64,000 bases of DNA. Source: Octopus vulgaris. Lineage: Eukaryota. The position numbers and the translations under genes are program-made. This document shows positions 14,067-27,844 of the stretch, in pieces; the first letter of the stretch is position 1, and the number at the start of each line of letters is the position of its first letter. Under the pieces are notes generated by a model. That model was not told the origin of the DNA. It saw nothing but the letters and a program-made list of their open reading frames with translations, and made no database searches. The stretch covers positions 131,440,001 to 131,504,000 of the forward strand of contig OX597817.1 in NCBI GenBank assembly GCA_951406725.2. Reading direction: 5' to 3'.

Positions 14067-14632
14067 TTGGGTTGTCCGGAAAGTTCGTGCTGATTTTTAA
14101 AGGAAAGAAAAAGGTCAATAAATACTTGCCATTACATTTTTAATCAACCAAATATGAACCATTTTGTTGCACAATGCGTCTCCATCTTTCCTTTAACTTG
14201 AAAATACTCTCTTCCCAGAATTGAGGTGGTTTCATGGCAAAGAATTCATCAAGGTATCTTTTTATGTCATCCAAGGAATTTAAATTTTTACCATTAAGAC
14301 TATTCTGCAGAGACCTGAATAAGTGGAAATCCGAAGGAGCAATATCTGGTAAATATGGAGGGTGGGGTAACACATCCCAGCCGAGCTGCAGCAGTTTTTG
14401 TCTGGTTTCCAAATCATCAAATGCCGAAAATGAACTTTCTTATCTTCAATTTTAAAGGGTTACAGAATTAACACAGATTATAAGAACATAAATCTTCTTC
14501 CACGAAAAGATAGCTTAAACTGTGCTCTAAATGGAGGTGTAGTCAAATCCTATTTTATGGATTCAACCATGTTCTAAAATAAGTCGAAATGTAAGCTACT
14601 ATCAATTGGCACGAACTTTTCGGACAACCCAA
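14067..14632 (-). mobile_element. Internally deleted mariner transposon with both TIRs and TA target duplication
   Basis: TIRs TTGGGTTGTCCGGAAAGTTCGTGC and GCACGAACTTTTCGGACAACCCAA, each flanked by TA; ORF 14140-14412 has HPPYLPDIAPSDFHLF. Confidence 0.93.
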
Positions 14633-14994
14633 TATTTCATCAAAAAGATGATATATGTCTAATCTTAACTACTAAAAAAAGACGTTCTACGGAGACTACA
14701 TAACTTTAAGTTTTGTAATCATCGCTGGAGCCTCAGCACAGTTACATGATGTGTTAGAAATAAAATCCAAATCTGTTGGAACCCTACCAACTTTAAAGGG
14801 TGAAGTAGACTTATATAATGCTAGCTATAGACAGAAGAAACAGATCATTTCGGCTGGAACATCATTGATCACAGCTCCCTTTCAGAGTTATCTGGAAAAC
14901 TCTTTCAGGATAATCTAGAACTAAGCAAGAAAAATACAACATTCTATTGGACAGCCATCTTTTATGACGAAAATACGTAATCTCTGAACCCATG

Positions 14995-15247
14995 CAATCT
15001 TTTACTTTTTTAGTTGCTTCAGTCATTAGACTGCGGCCATACTGGATCACGGCCATGAAGAAATTTTAATCAACCCCATTCGTTACTTTTTTTAAAGACT
15101 GGTACTTATTTTATCAATCTCTTTGGTCGAACCAGTAAGTACGGGGACGTAAACACGCCAACACCTGGTATGAAGTGCTAGTGGGCGAACAAACACAGAT
15201 ACAAGAACACACATATATGCACCCACGCACACACACATACATACATA

Positions 15248-15292
<45 letters not shown>

Positions 15293-15450
15293 GGCGGGTT
15301 TCTTTCAATTTCTGTTTATCAAATTTACAATTTACTTACAGGGCTTTGTTCGGCCCGAGCCTATACTACAAGACACTTGTTCAGGGTACCATGCAGTGGG
15401 ACTGAACGTTGAACTATGGGGTAGCGAGCAATTTTCATACCACACAGCCC
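14995..15450 (-). mobile_element. tRNA/CORE-type SINE, family B, with internal (TA)/(CA) microsatellite
   Basis: Matches the family consensus (GTTCAGTCCCACTGC...CCTTGGGCAAGTGTCTT...GTAGACGGAAACTGAAAGAAGCCCG...CAGTCAAATGACTGAAAC tail) seen in many copies. Confidence 0.8.
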
Positions 15451-17167
15451 TGTCCTTAAACTCATATTTTATTGAAATGTCACTGTATCCCTACAAACGT
15501 CAACTGAATACAAGGAGCAGTTCACTTACCGATTGGCTACACCCATTAATCAGTCATCGAGTTGACTCTTCCTTTCTCTCTCATTCAATACAATAGTTCT
15601 TGTTTCTCCGAATTAATGGCCTATGTTCACCCTGTTGTCCCAACGTGACCGTTTTTTCTACCTCCACTTGCCTCATTCTAACTTCATTTTCCATTACCCT
15701 TAACCTGACTTCGTTCCGAATTTCTTCACAACCAAATCTTTCTACATCTTTCTTCTTCGTATTTGCTCTAAAAACATCGATTGACAAGAAATTCAGTGCT
15801 AAGGTCAACAATATCAACTCTGTTGTTGTGGAGGATCAACAAAAGCTATATTTTCTAGCATTCCTCCATTAAAGAAATCTCTTACTTTTTTTTGTATAGA
15901 AGTTGAAGTTTTTACTGATTTTGCAATCGGAAGTTAAGACATCACTCAACCTTTAATTGAATTTTTTCTGTTGTGTACAACAATAGCTGTTGTGCTTATT
16001 GTCATTCTATTTTCAATGAGAAACAAATCGTGTCTTAAGCTATAAGCTTCTCAAATCGGAAGCGTTGAATCTTACAATAAACTTATGCTGTTTGTGCTTC
16101 GCTTGACCAACTTCTAATATTTGTACGTATATTTTGATTCAGAATTCCTTAACACGTTATCTATTTCGTAATCTACAATATAATTCCGGCATAATTTCCA
16201 ACATCAAATCCTCTCATTACCTCTACTAACTCAACATAGTGGTTTACATTTGCTTCCGTTTTTAAATATCTTTAAGTTGGTTTTGTACCACGTGCTTGCG
16301 AGATCAATCACATGACATGCAACCTTGGGTAAGCGTTTTCATCATGTCGACGGAGAGGACAGAAAAATGGAAGTCTTTCCATCAAATTAGATATTCCTTT
16401 ATAATTTCTACCATCACAGAAGCAGTAAACCAATTATCGAATCTTTAACTTTTAATTAATGATACTATGGTTATTAAAGAGCAATATAAAAAGAAGTAAT
16501 ATTTTCAAAATGGCAGATTTATTAAGTTACTATTCGGTTCGTAGCTACGTTCTGTTTACATCAATCGCAGTAATTCATTTAAAGATGCCAATGATATACA
16601 GAAGAGCAAAGAGGTCAGTGACTCTTGTTGGAAAATTCCAATTATCGACTTCACTTAGTTTATGAAGATGTTATTCAATTATGGAATTGAAGCCGAATTA
16701 TTATTTTCTTTTTCGTTTTTTCTGTAGAGAACATCCTGATAATATATAATAAATAGTTGATATTGTTATTATTAATAAAGTGTATTCGCAGATACTATTA
16801 ATATCATATATATAAGAAAATCATTTTATATAACATATTATGTTTTCGCAAAACTAACGAGCAGAATTCATAATTTTGGTTACTTACATGTTGTAGACTT
16901 CGAAATCTGAAATGTAAGTAAAGAATGCATGGTTATTGGCAGTGGTGGTTACCGCCATTAGGGGTTTTTCTGTATCTTTTACCCCTGATGTTGCCGAGGG
17001 CGATTCGAGGATCTTATTTACAGAGTGATTTTTTTTCTTTCTCGTTCTCTCTCACCCTTTCTCTCCTCCTCTCTTCCCCCCCTCTCTCTCTCTCGAAAAT
17101 AAGATATTTCAATTTTATATATTTGTTTATTTTTTCATTGGATTGTCGAAAGTACAGTTTAGAAGAA

Positions 17168-17239
<72 letters not shown>

Positions 17240-17284
17240 ATTATTATTATTATTATTATTATTATTAGTAGTAGTAGTAGTAGT

Positions 17285-19240
17285 TTGACTTTTGCTTTAC
17301 ATTTGCACAAACTGGCTCCAAGTCTCACCCAGAAACCTCAAGAGACAAGCTGGAAGTTCATGTTGGTGTTATGCCTAGGGTGCCATATATTTGGTTTTGT
17401 ACTTAGTGTTGTTCTAGTGAATGTCAAAAAACCGTACGAAAATTATGTTTGTTTTAAAACTTGAGATTACATAGAAACTAGGATATGAGGATATGAGCAG
17501 TTCCCATGAGCACTATCTTTTGAATTTCAGCCATTTTGAGGTTTCCTGGTATCTGAACTAGGTAGCAATCAGCCCCTTTTGCTATCATTCCCAGGGCACC
17601 TATGACAAGTATTGTCTTAGTCTTCAGGTTCCACATTTTGCTGATTTCTATTTCAAGATCTTTATATTTGCTCAGTTTTGGGTAGGTCTTGACAGATACG
17701 TTTATATCGATTGGGACAGTCATACCAATGAGGAGACATGTTTTTTATCTGAAGTCTTTCAATATGATGTCTAGCCTATTCGCATCTATCTTTCCGTCAG
17801 TTTGAATGGTGAAGTTCCAGATGAGTGAGATGTGGTCATTTTCAAGCACTGGAGGTGGTTTATATTCCCACCAATTTTTATCATGTGGCAAGTCCAGGCT
17901 TTTGCAAATTACCCAGTGAATATATTGTGCAGCTCTATCATGCCTGTTGAGATACTCTGTAGGCGCAAGAAGACTGCGCTTGGAGACAACATGATCAATG
18001 GTTTCATTTTGTTGTTGACATACACGACACGTGGGGCTACTGCCGTTCTTTAATATGTTAGCCTGGTAGTTCCTTGTAGGTAGGCATTAATCTTGAGCTG
18101 CTATGATAAACCCCTCTGTTTCAGATTTTAAGCCAGAGGCCATTAGCCGTTGATGGGTCAGGACCTTGTCAACATCTGCATTATTCACTCTCTTTGGGTA
18201 TTTGCCATTGAGAGTTTTTTCTTGCCATTTATCATTCAGAATATCTAAGGCAGCAATTTTAGCACGGGTTTTCATGTGCTTAGCTTTTTCTGTGCTTGTT
18301 TCTTGTATGTCTAATTCCGAAATTTGTTGTATTCGGAATTCACTTAGATATTCATTTGTCTGTTTTGTTACTGAGTATGATGCTTTCTTGTTTTCATGTT
18401 TTGATACAAGTTTTAACATCCAGTCCTCGGGGTTTTTCAGGTAGGTGTCTAGGCCACTTCTGTCTTGAGTATTGCTCTTACTCTGCGATAACATTCTCTC
18501 CTGATCCTTACCTTCATCACTGAATGCCTTATTCCATCCCCTTCAATTACCCCTAGGTACTTGTATCTCTCCCTTGGGTCTAACTCTTTTATGACATTCT
18601 GCTGGTCAAGGTTAACGTTAGATGTTTCTGCCATTTTTTTGATAAAGCTAGCTTTTGCATATTTATCGAGGCCAAATTGCATCCTGATGTCATCATTGAA
18701 TTGTTTAACAATTGCTTGTAATCTCTGTAGTTGTTGGTCATTTTTGCAAAGAACTTTAAATCATCCATGTAAATGAGATGATTTATTTTTTTATCAAACA
18801 TTGTATATCCGTACTGTGCGTCATTGAGCAATTTTGAGAAAGGTAGGTATTAAGGCTAAACAAAAGAGGAGTGGTGATAGTGAGTCACCCTGGAAAATGC
18901 CACATGAAATTTTTACATCACCAGCATTTAGAGATTCATCGTAACTGTTCAAAGTTAGTGTGGTTCTCCATGATCTCATACTTACAGACAAAAAGTTTCT
19001 CAAAATAGGCGCTATTTTATACATTTCTAGGCATTTCTTAATCCAGCTATGTGGTAGGCTATCAAAAGCCTTTTTATAGTCTATCCAGGCTATTGACAAG
19101 TTTTTGTGTCGTTCGTGACAATCTTCTAAGATCATCTTATTGATGAGTAGTTGATCTTTACAACCATAGGATCCACATTTATATCCTTTCTGTTCATTAG
19201 GGAATATGCTGCTGTCTATTAAAAAAACTATAGGTATATT
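17285..19240 (-). mobile_element. R4/Dong-like element (RT to 3' UTR), same family as 8605-11172
   Basis: [37 protein letters not shown] and KIVLMGTAHIL; bounded by (TAT)n on both sides. Confidence 0.93.
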
Positions 19241-19253
19241 CCGTCAGGACAGA

Positions 19254-19314
<61 letters not shown>

Positions 19315-19321
19315 GTTGTTG

Positions 19322-19389
<68 letters not shown>

Positions 19390-19393
19390 GTTG

Positions 19394-19439
<46 letters not shown>

Positions 19440-19440
<1 letters not shown>

Positions 19441-20010
19441 TAGTCTTATTTTTATCACGTGCTTTCACTGCACTACCGAGCACAGGTATGTGTACCTTGG
19501 CTATGTGCCGTGTGTTTTTGTGATGCTCTTATTGTTACTGTATTGAAAGTGTTTTACTTTAATGTGTGCGGTGCCTAGTAGTGCTATTTTCTGTATGTTA
19601 TATATACTTTTAGTCCTAGTGTTTTTGTTATGTATTTTGTCAGAATATTTTTTTATCATACCTAATGTGCTCACTATGATAGGAATTGTTTCTGCTCTTA
19701 GACTCCTCGTTCGATTTATCTCTGTTTCCATGTCTCGATATTTTTAAATTTGCTCCAATTTTCTTTTTTTAGGGAAACGTTGTCACCTTTTGGTATTGAT
19801 ACATCGATTAGAATGCATTTTTTGTGATATCTGACAACTATATCCGGCCTATTGGCCTTAATTTCTCGATCTGTGTGTATTGGCATATTCCATATTAGGG
19901 TTGCTTTCTCGTTTTCTCTGACCTTTTCTGGCGTGTGCTTAAACCATCTTTTTTCTATTGTTATTCCATAGTGTTGGCATAGCTTCCAGTGTATGTAGGC
20001 CCCCAACTCT
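19440..20010 (-). mobile_element. R4/Dong-like RLE fragment
   Basis: LIWNMPIHTDREIKANRPDIVV and IQKIALLGTAHI; abuts (TAT)n. Confidence 0.85.
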
Positions 20011-20282
20011 GTCATGTCTGAATATATTCCTTCAGGGATGGTTGACCTCGTGACTCGCACCACTTGACTAGATTTTGGGATCGATCAGGTACCGGACAAG
20101 GATTCTGGATTATTTTTTCTGTTTTTTGTTTTACTTAATTTTTTAGAGCCATCGTAATCATTTTTAGTATTCTCATTTGTGAGAACAGTCGAGTTTATTT
20201 CAGATATACCTCATCTTAAAAATCTTCTCCGGCTAATCGTTGAGAGGACGTTGATGTTACCTTGGCGGAGCTTTGCGCTATC

Positions 20283-20334
<52 letters not shown>

Positions 20335-20339
20335 TCTCT

Positions 20340-20760
20340 TTATCACTAGTTTTGTTGGGGCTCCATGAGTCTTGTATGCGTAGCGGGCTTACTACTCGCA
20401 GCCTACGGTACCATGCTATTCGTTCTTTTCAGCAATCTAATACTTTCCTGATTATTTTGACTGCCAAGAAGGCAAACCTTTTGTAACAGTTCTGTTCGTC
20501 ACTCTATTCCAATTTCCTTTCTTTTCTTCTTGATGCCTTCTGATACTGTTCTCAAGGACCCAACAATAATTAGCACTATCTTCACCTTGTTCATTTTCCA
20601 CAACCGGTCTATTTCGTACTTAAGAGGGTTGTATCTGTTTATCTTTTCGCCTTCCTTCTTGACTATTCGTGGGTCAAAGAAGCATGTGACATCAAATATA
20701 TAGCATACGTGGTGCTCTTGTCCACCACCACTAGGTCCGGTCTGTTAGGCTCTAGCACCT
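20340..20760 (-). mobile_element. RLE fragment of a non-LTR element
   Basis: Minus strand resembles EPNRPDLVV..FDVTCFFD and IVLIIVGSL; abuts (TAT)n. Confidence 0.6.
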
Positions 20761-20769
20761 ACAATTATT

Positions 20770-21140
20770 ACTAACTCCGCCTTAGCGAAGGCAGAGGTAT
20801 TGTTTCAGTCGTATTTGTTTGTTTATCAGTGGATAAAATATCTCAAGAACCGTTGGATGGATTCGGATGAAACATTCAGGGATGTTTGGCCTTGTGACTG
20901 GCACAAATTGATTAAATTTGGAATCGATCCGGTATCGGACAAGGATTCTGGATTATTTCCCTGTTTTTTTTTTTTTTTACTTAATTTTTGAGAGCTGTCG
21001 TGTTCATTTTTAGTATTTTCGTTTGTGAGAGCAGTCAAATTTATTTCAGATATTCTCCTTTTAAAAATCATCTCCAGCTAATCGTTGAGAGGACGTTGTT
21101 GTTGTCTTGGTGGAGACTTGCGCTCTCTGAGTGCTCTTGT
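20770..21140 (+). mobile_element. Non-autonomous Helentron/DINE-like element (partial copies at 20062-20285 and 27562-27760)
   Basis: Starts CTCCGCCTTAGCGAAGGCAGAGG, has a GTTT microrepeat, and ends GGTGGAGACTTGCGCTCTCTGAGTGCTCTTGTT; three homologous copies in the window; family assignment is from general architecture. Confidence 0.55.
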
Positions 21141-21152
21141 TATTATTATTTT

Positions 21153-21520
21153 AAGGCGGCAAGCTGGCAAAATCGTTAGCACGCCGGCCGAAATGCTTAG
21201 CGGTATTTCGTCTGCCGTTACGTTCTGAGTTCAAATTCCGCCGAGGTCGACTTTGCCTTTAATCCTTTCGGGATCGATTAAATGAGTACCAATTACGCAC
21301 TGGGGTCGATATAATCGACTTAATCCGTTTGTCTGTTCTTGTTTGTCCTCTCTGTGTTTAGCCCCTTGTGGGTAGTAAAGAAATAGGTATTTCGTCTGTC
21401 TACACATTCTGAGTTCAATTTCCGCCGAGGTCGACTTTGCCTTTCATCCTTTCGGGGTCGATATAATTGACAAACCTCCTGCCCCGAAATCAATGACCTT
21501 GTGTTAAAATTTGAAACCAT
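21153..21520 (+). mobile_element. SINE family A
   Basis: Family A head and duplicated body. Confidence 0.85.
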
Positions 21521-22614
21521 TATTATTATCATTATTATTTAATATCATCATCATCATCATCATCGTTATAATCATCATCTTCGTTATCATCATCATTAAG
21601 CTAGTTCATCCTAGTTTAATTAGCAGGGTTATATCTTGAGGTTTGAAGACAAATCTCAAATTTCAAGAACATTCCTCCTTATCAGTAGATCGTCAATTTT
21701 CTCTGCTTTGTCACCCACAATATTACCCATCCTATCCAAACTATGATGTTTTCGAAATCACTAAGATGTGATTCCAGGATTTGTTTCTGTTCAACTTACA
21801 ACAGGTCACGTGCTCACTTAGACTTTACGCAGTAGGACTTACTTCGTTGTATCGCCGTCATATACGATTCAGGCATCTTTTATTTATTAGATTACGAATT
21901 CCTTATCAAAGATTATTTAGTTATAGGGTTTCAGTGAGTCAAATTCTGGTTACTGAGCATAATTTTCCCCCTCTTCGTTACGTTTAATACAGATATCTCA
22001 TCGATTTACTTTGATTTATTCATCAATATATATATACACAAATGCTACAATATTGCATGTCGGCCATTTTTAGGTATAGATTTTGCTAGACACACTTTGA
22101 ACTTTTCACAGACCTTAATAAGCAGGTATAGCAAAAATAGGAATAGATTTCATCAGTTCAGTGATGTGATTGTTTATTGACGCCGGTTAAATACCCAATC
22201 TGCCAATCCGCCATTGCTATTAGCCTCTAAGTATATAATTTCCATTATATGATATCATTAATGGCCAGATATTGATAGTTTAGCTAAAATTGAAGATGTC
22301 TTTTGCCAGGTTTTTCATCAATAAATTGCTAGACTCGATATTTCTAATGATTCACCCATGTCTGTCTGTTTGTTTCGTCGTGCTTGGCATCGACTAGAGA
22401 CAGTTTTTTACTTAATGTTTTCAAGATTCCCTTTTTCAGTTTTTATTCTATATATCTATTTCTATAGATTCACTGCATATATCCCTGTATTTATCACATA
22501 TTTGTGTATTGTACATCTTCCTTTTGTTTTTTTCTGGTTCTGACATTTTTATATTTGTTGCTCCCGACATCATCTTGATAATGCGACTCCTCCCACTGCT
22601 GCGGCTAACGACGA

Positions 22615-22623
22615 CGACGATGG

Positions 22624-22663
<40 letters not shown>

Positions 22664-22775
22664 AATTGTGATGATGATGATTATTATGATGGTGATGTTG
22701 ATGATGATGGTGGTGATGATGATGATTGTGATGATGATGATGATTATGATGGTGATGTTGATGATGATGGTGAGG

Positions 22776-22834
<59 letters not shown>

Positions 22835-23050
22835 GTATTATTATTATTATTATTATGATGGTGATGATGATGATGGTTATGATGATGATGATTAGGATGA
22901 TGATGATTATGATGGTGATGATGATGATGATGATGATGATGATGGTGATGGTGATGGTGATGGTGATGATGATGATGGTTATGATGATGATGATGATGGT
23001 GATGATTATGATGGTGATGAGGATGATGATGATTATGGTGATGATGATGA
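22615..23050. repeat. Degenerate (GAT)n microsatellite
   Basis: Read directly from the sequence. Confidence 0.97.
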
Positions 23051-23084
23051 TTTGCTTTCTCCTTTTTCTTCCCTACTTACTCTT

Positions 23085-23396
23085 TTACTCTTTTACTTGT
23101 TTCAGTCATTTGACTATGGCCATGCTGGAGCACCGCCTTTAGTCGAGGAAATCTCCCCAGGACTTATTCTTTGTAAGCCTAGTACTTATTCTATCGGTCT
23201 CTTTTGCCGAACCGCTAAGTTACCGGTTGTCAAGCGATTTGGGGGGAACAAACACACGCACATATATATACATATGCATATATACGACGGGCTTCCTTCA
23301 GTTTCCGTCTACCAAATCCTCTCACAAGGTTTTAGTCGGCCCGAGGCTATAGTAGAAGACACTTGCCCAAGGTGCCCTACAGTGGGACTGAACCTG
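23085..23396 (-). mobile_element. SINE family B
   Basis: Matches the family B consensus. Confidence 0.8.
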
Positions 23397-23569
23397 TAAA
23401 AATACATAATAATTATGTTTACCACTTATGAGTGTTGAGAATTCAAAGGTCTTGACTCTTTTTCTTTTTGTGGAGGTAGTTATATATATCCAACATTATT
23501 GTACTCTTAGTGTATCATTTACTATACATCTACTAAGCTGACCCGTCAACTTTCGTTATTCCAGCTTGA

Positions 23570-23930
23570 AGGAGACGGCTGGAACCACAGCTGACTTGTT
23601 CGCAGAATGTAGTTGGGATGTAATGACAATATGGAAGCTCACTATGCAATAAAAAATTTGTTTTAAGTTGGGTAAAAATCGTGACAAAAACTTGTGAAAT
23701 GCTTCATATTGCTTATGGATTAACTTGCACGAACCACTGCTGGCACAAGTGGTTCAAGAACGGTAGGAAGACGATGAGAGGTGTGGGACGGAGAAGGACG
23801 ACAGAACATCGAAATCAGGTTGGAAAAGCCGCAGATGTCTAGTTGATGACTGTTGTCTGTCTATAAATATAATAAACATACAGTTTGGAGATGGTGTGGA
23901 AAGTGTACACAGAACTATCACATAGTGAGG
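23570..23930 (+). mobile_element. Decayed mariner transposase N-terminal fragment
   Basis: Frameshifted similarity to the mariner HTH region (ICFKLGK..., WHKWFKNGR..DDER). Confidence 0.5.
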
Positions 23931-24264
23931 TAGTCCAACTACCGAAGGAAAGGTCTTCTTTGGAATTGATTGATTTTAATTTATCATCTGATTTTCCTGC
24001 ATACAGTCACTTTGTAGGTCTGCTTTTCGTAAGGTGGGGTCATTATATAGATCAAAGAACTATCTCATATCCGAGGCACTTTGTGTATCTTTACAAGTCC
24101 CCCAATTCGTCTTTGTATGAAATGCTGTTTTTATAATAGTGTAGGCGTACTATTTGTCACTTGGATCACCTCAACCGGGTTCAGAATCCCCTCTCTGATT
24201 ATATTGGCCCCTTTCTTGCTTCAAATCTGCAACACTTCTCAGTCACGTGACACTCTTTTTACTC

Positions 24265-24481
24265 ATTTTTACTCTTTTAATTGTTTCAGTCATTTAACTG
24301 TGGCCATGCTGGAGTACCGCTTTTAGTCGAGCAAATCGACCTCAGGACTTATTCTTTTTAAGCCTAGTACTTATTCTATCGGTCTCTTTTGCCAGGCCGC
24401 TAAGATACGGAGACATAAACACACCAGCATCGGCTGTCAAGCAATTTTGGGGGACAAACACAGGCACACAAATGCATATAC

Positions 24482-24550
<69 letters not shown>

Positions 24551-24760
24551 TACATACATACATACATACATACATACATACATACATACATACATACATA
24601 CATACATACATACACATACGACGGGCTTTTCAGATTCCGTCTACCAAATCCTCTTACAAGGCTTTGGTCGGCCCGAGACTATAGTAGAAGACATTTGCCA
24701 AAGGTACCACGCAGTGGGACTGAACCCGGAATCATGTGGTTGGTCAGCAAGCTACCTTTA
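24265..24760 (-). mobile_element. SINE family B with internal (TA)n(TACA)n
   Basis: Matches the family B consensus. Confidence 0.85.
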
Positions 24761-25836
24761 TTCAACAAATTGGCCATGAAAGCCGTACACAGATAAGTAG
24801 CTGCGGGCTGGACAAAGACATTAATGAGGTAAAAATGATATTGATGAACAAAAATGGGAAGGGCACCGGCGCCCGCTGACAAATAACCCCTCGAAATCAC
24901 TGTTCTTTTATTGAATTTTACACAAAAAATCGCAAAAATTACAAACTTTTTCTTACTCTTCCTTTTTCTCATCCGAGCCCCCGCATAAGTTCCCTGCCTC
25001 CTGCAGGTCGGAACCCGGAAAGAGAAAAGCAAATTCTTCTTTTCCAAAGGTCACCATGACCTCAAAAAGTTCTTTTTGGGTTATGATCTCCGCAGCCACC
25101 TGCGGAGGCCAATTTGGACAGTCAATGTACATTGATCCTGTTGTCACCGGGGCATGCTATGTCGATCATCAAACATGTTCTTTCTTGTCGATTTATTATA
25201 ATAATAATTATTATTATCATTAGTAGTAGTAGGAGTAGGAGTAGTAGTTGTTGTTGTTGTTCTTGCTGTTGTAGTTGTAATTGTAGTAGAATGGATTGCG
25301 AGAGCCCTGCATGCTATCAAAGTGACACTGGGATAAAATATACGAAGCCCAGAATACCCATCATGACTACCCGTCTGATAAGCACATGCATCACAACCAT
25401 ATGTGCGCGACATGATGATCTCATATCAAGATAAACACTGCATGACCTTGAAGGTGGGGCCCAGTTAGAGTTTTCTTTAGGTTGAGTAGCCCATCCCATT
25501 CAAAAGGTCCCTGAATAAGGGTTATTTAAGGATATTGAACGAAACACCCATGTTTCCAGACGTGAATTATTCAAACCCCAAAGAATCCCCTTCAACACAT
25601 GGCTGTGATGCTCCCCCACTACTTATGCTCGTGATCAGAGATGCACATATCGTCAGCCACTAAGGGACATGCTCAACTGGTTATGGTCAAGTAAGTGACA
25701 AGAAAATCCGTGGTATTGGGCAGAATATTTGCTGTAGGCCATCTTTTATACCAAGACAAAACAATGTGCATGATAACACTTCCAACCAGTTAAGATCAGA
25801 AGCTATGAGAACCACTGCCTGATACTGCATCAGGGC

Positions 25837-25896
<60 letters not shown>

Positions 25897-25899
25897 AAA

Positions 25900-27295
25900 G
25901 TTATTGCATGCTACATTAACTTACAGGGATGCTCTTTTGAGGTTTGGTGACAACAAGACTCCTCAAACAGAAGGAATTCTTCTTCGGATTCTAGCAGTAT
26001 AAAGGATTACATGAAGACACCCATGCATGGCCATTATCTTTCTGACTTCTCTATCCATACTGACCATCCCTCCTTCGTCCATTCAACATTTCACGCGTAG
26101 TGGTGTACCACATTTGTAGTTCACTTTGATCAGGTTGCCGTCATTCATTAACATAACTTTTTCATTGCTATGTTCAGAAAAAATCTTTTCCTTCATCGTA
26201 GTGTTCATCAGCTGGCTTAATTGTAAAATACCAAGATACTAGTAAACGTCTCCTTTCACGTCTCATATACTCTCATCGTCTGGACGTTGTACCCCTCTGC
26301 TGGTACTTTTTGCCCTTTCTTTCGTGTCAAGAACAATGGATTTATTTATAACAAATACATTTGGATGTTATGGGAGAAAATTCATAGAGCCTGAATAAGG
26401 GTTCCAGTTAACCTCTGCTAATTCTGTAAAGCTTCAAATCGTCCATAAAAAGCAGGGTGTTAATTGGTCTAATGCTCTTTTGCAGTTTGTAACAGCTCCA
26501 TTCTTCTTTGAAACAGGGTGGGTCGTAACATACCAACAATAAAAAGTAGGGGTGACTCGAAGTTTCTTTGAAAGTTTCCCTCTCTGATGCTGACTTGCCC
26601 AATTTTCCCTCCATCTGCTGTCTTCCCTTTCCTCATATTTCGTTTGAATCAATGCATCATATTTTTAGCTGCTCCTACCATCTTCTGGCATTTTAGAATC
26701 CAGGAATGGAGATTCTAAATATAATAACTCTTCTTACAGTCAATTCAAGCGATTGGTAAGCTTGTCAATCTTCTCCAACAGTTTCTCAAAATTACTTTTA
26801 TTTACCAGCAACTGACCAATTATTCGTCAGGGTCCCTCCTTGCAGTTTTTCTCTTTATCTGCCAGCAGTTCATTTCTTTCAAGATGGTTATAGAGACTCT
26901 TTATCTCAATTATTCCAGTTAGAAGCTTCCACATCACAGGAAAACAGGCAATCGGATGATAGTTACTAACCTCAGCATCTCTGGCTGGATCATTCTGGAT
27001 CAGCACGATTCTTCCTTTTGACTATCCATATTGATATATTTCCTTGGCATACACAGTCTTGCAAGAGCTTTTTTAGCCTAAGATACAAATTCACCAATCC
27101 TTAGAACATCCTGAACTAGATTCAGGCCAGCTGGCATTCAATTTTTCATCTGATCAATTCCTGCTTGTATATCTTGCAACGTTATGATTATGTCTTCTTG
27201 TATCTCCATGTCACTGAACTCTTCTTTCGCTTCTTCACGCTGGGGTATACTCTCTTTCTCTTTGACTTCTTCTAACCAGATATTACTCCGAAAAC
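25900..27295 (-). mobile_element. Decayed R4-like RT fragment
   Basis: INTLLFMDDLKLY in ORF 26408-26614; SNYHPIACFP near 26940-26970. Confidence 0.75.
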
Positions 27296-27401
27296 CAAAT
27301 TGCTCCCCTATCTTCTGGTCGATGTAATTTACTTAACCCCTCACCCGAAATTGCGGGCCTTGTGAGATAGTTGAAAACATTATTATTAATGTAATCAATT
27401 G

Positions 27402-27476
<75 letters not shown>

Positions 27477-27774
27477 AGGCGGTGAGCTGACAGAATCGTT
27501 AGTGTGATGGACGAAATGCTTAACGATATTTCGCCTGTCGATACATTCTGGGTTTTAAAAAAACATGGAAAATGATGTAGAATCCTTGTCTGGTACCAGA
27601 TCGATCCGAAAATCTAATCAGTTCGTGTCAGTCACGATGCTAAGCATCCCTGAAAGTTTCATCCGAATCCATCCCGCTGTTTTTGAGATATCTTGTCCAC
27701 GGATAAACAAACAAACACGACTGAAAAGCAATACCTCCGTCTTCGCTAAGGCAGAGGTAATAATAATAATAATG

Positions 27775-27841
<67 letters not shown>

Positions 27842-27844
27842 GCA

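Noticed and set aside
15581-15817. Charged ORF (EEIRNEVRLRVMENEVRMRQVEVEK)
   Set aside because: Short, with no splice context or recognisable domain; possibly a decayed retroelement coiled-coil fragment
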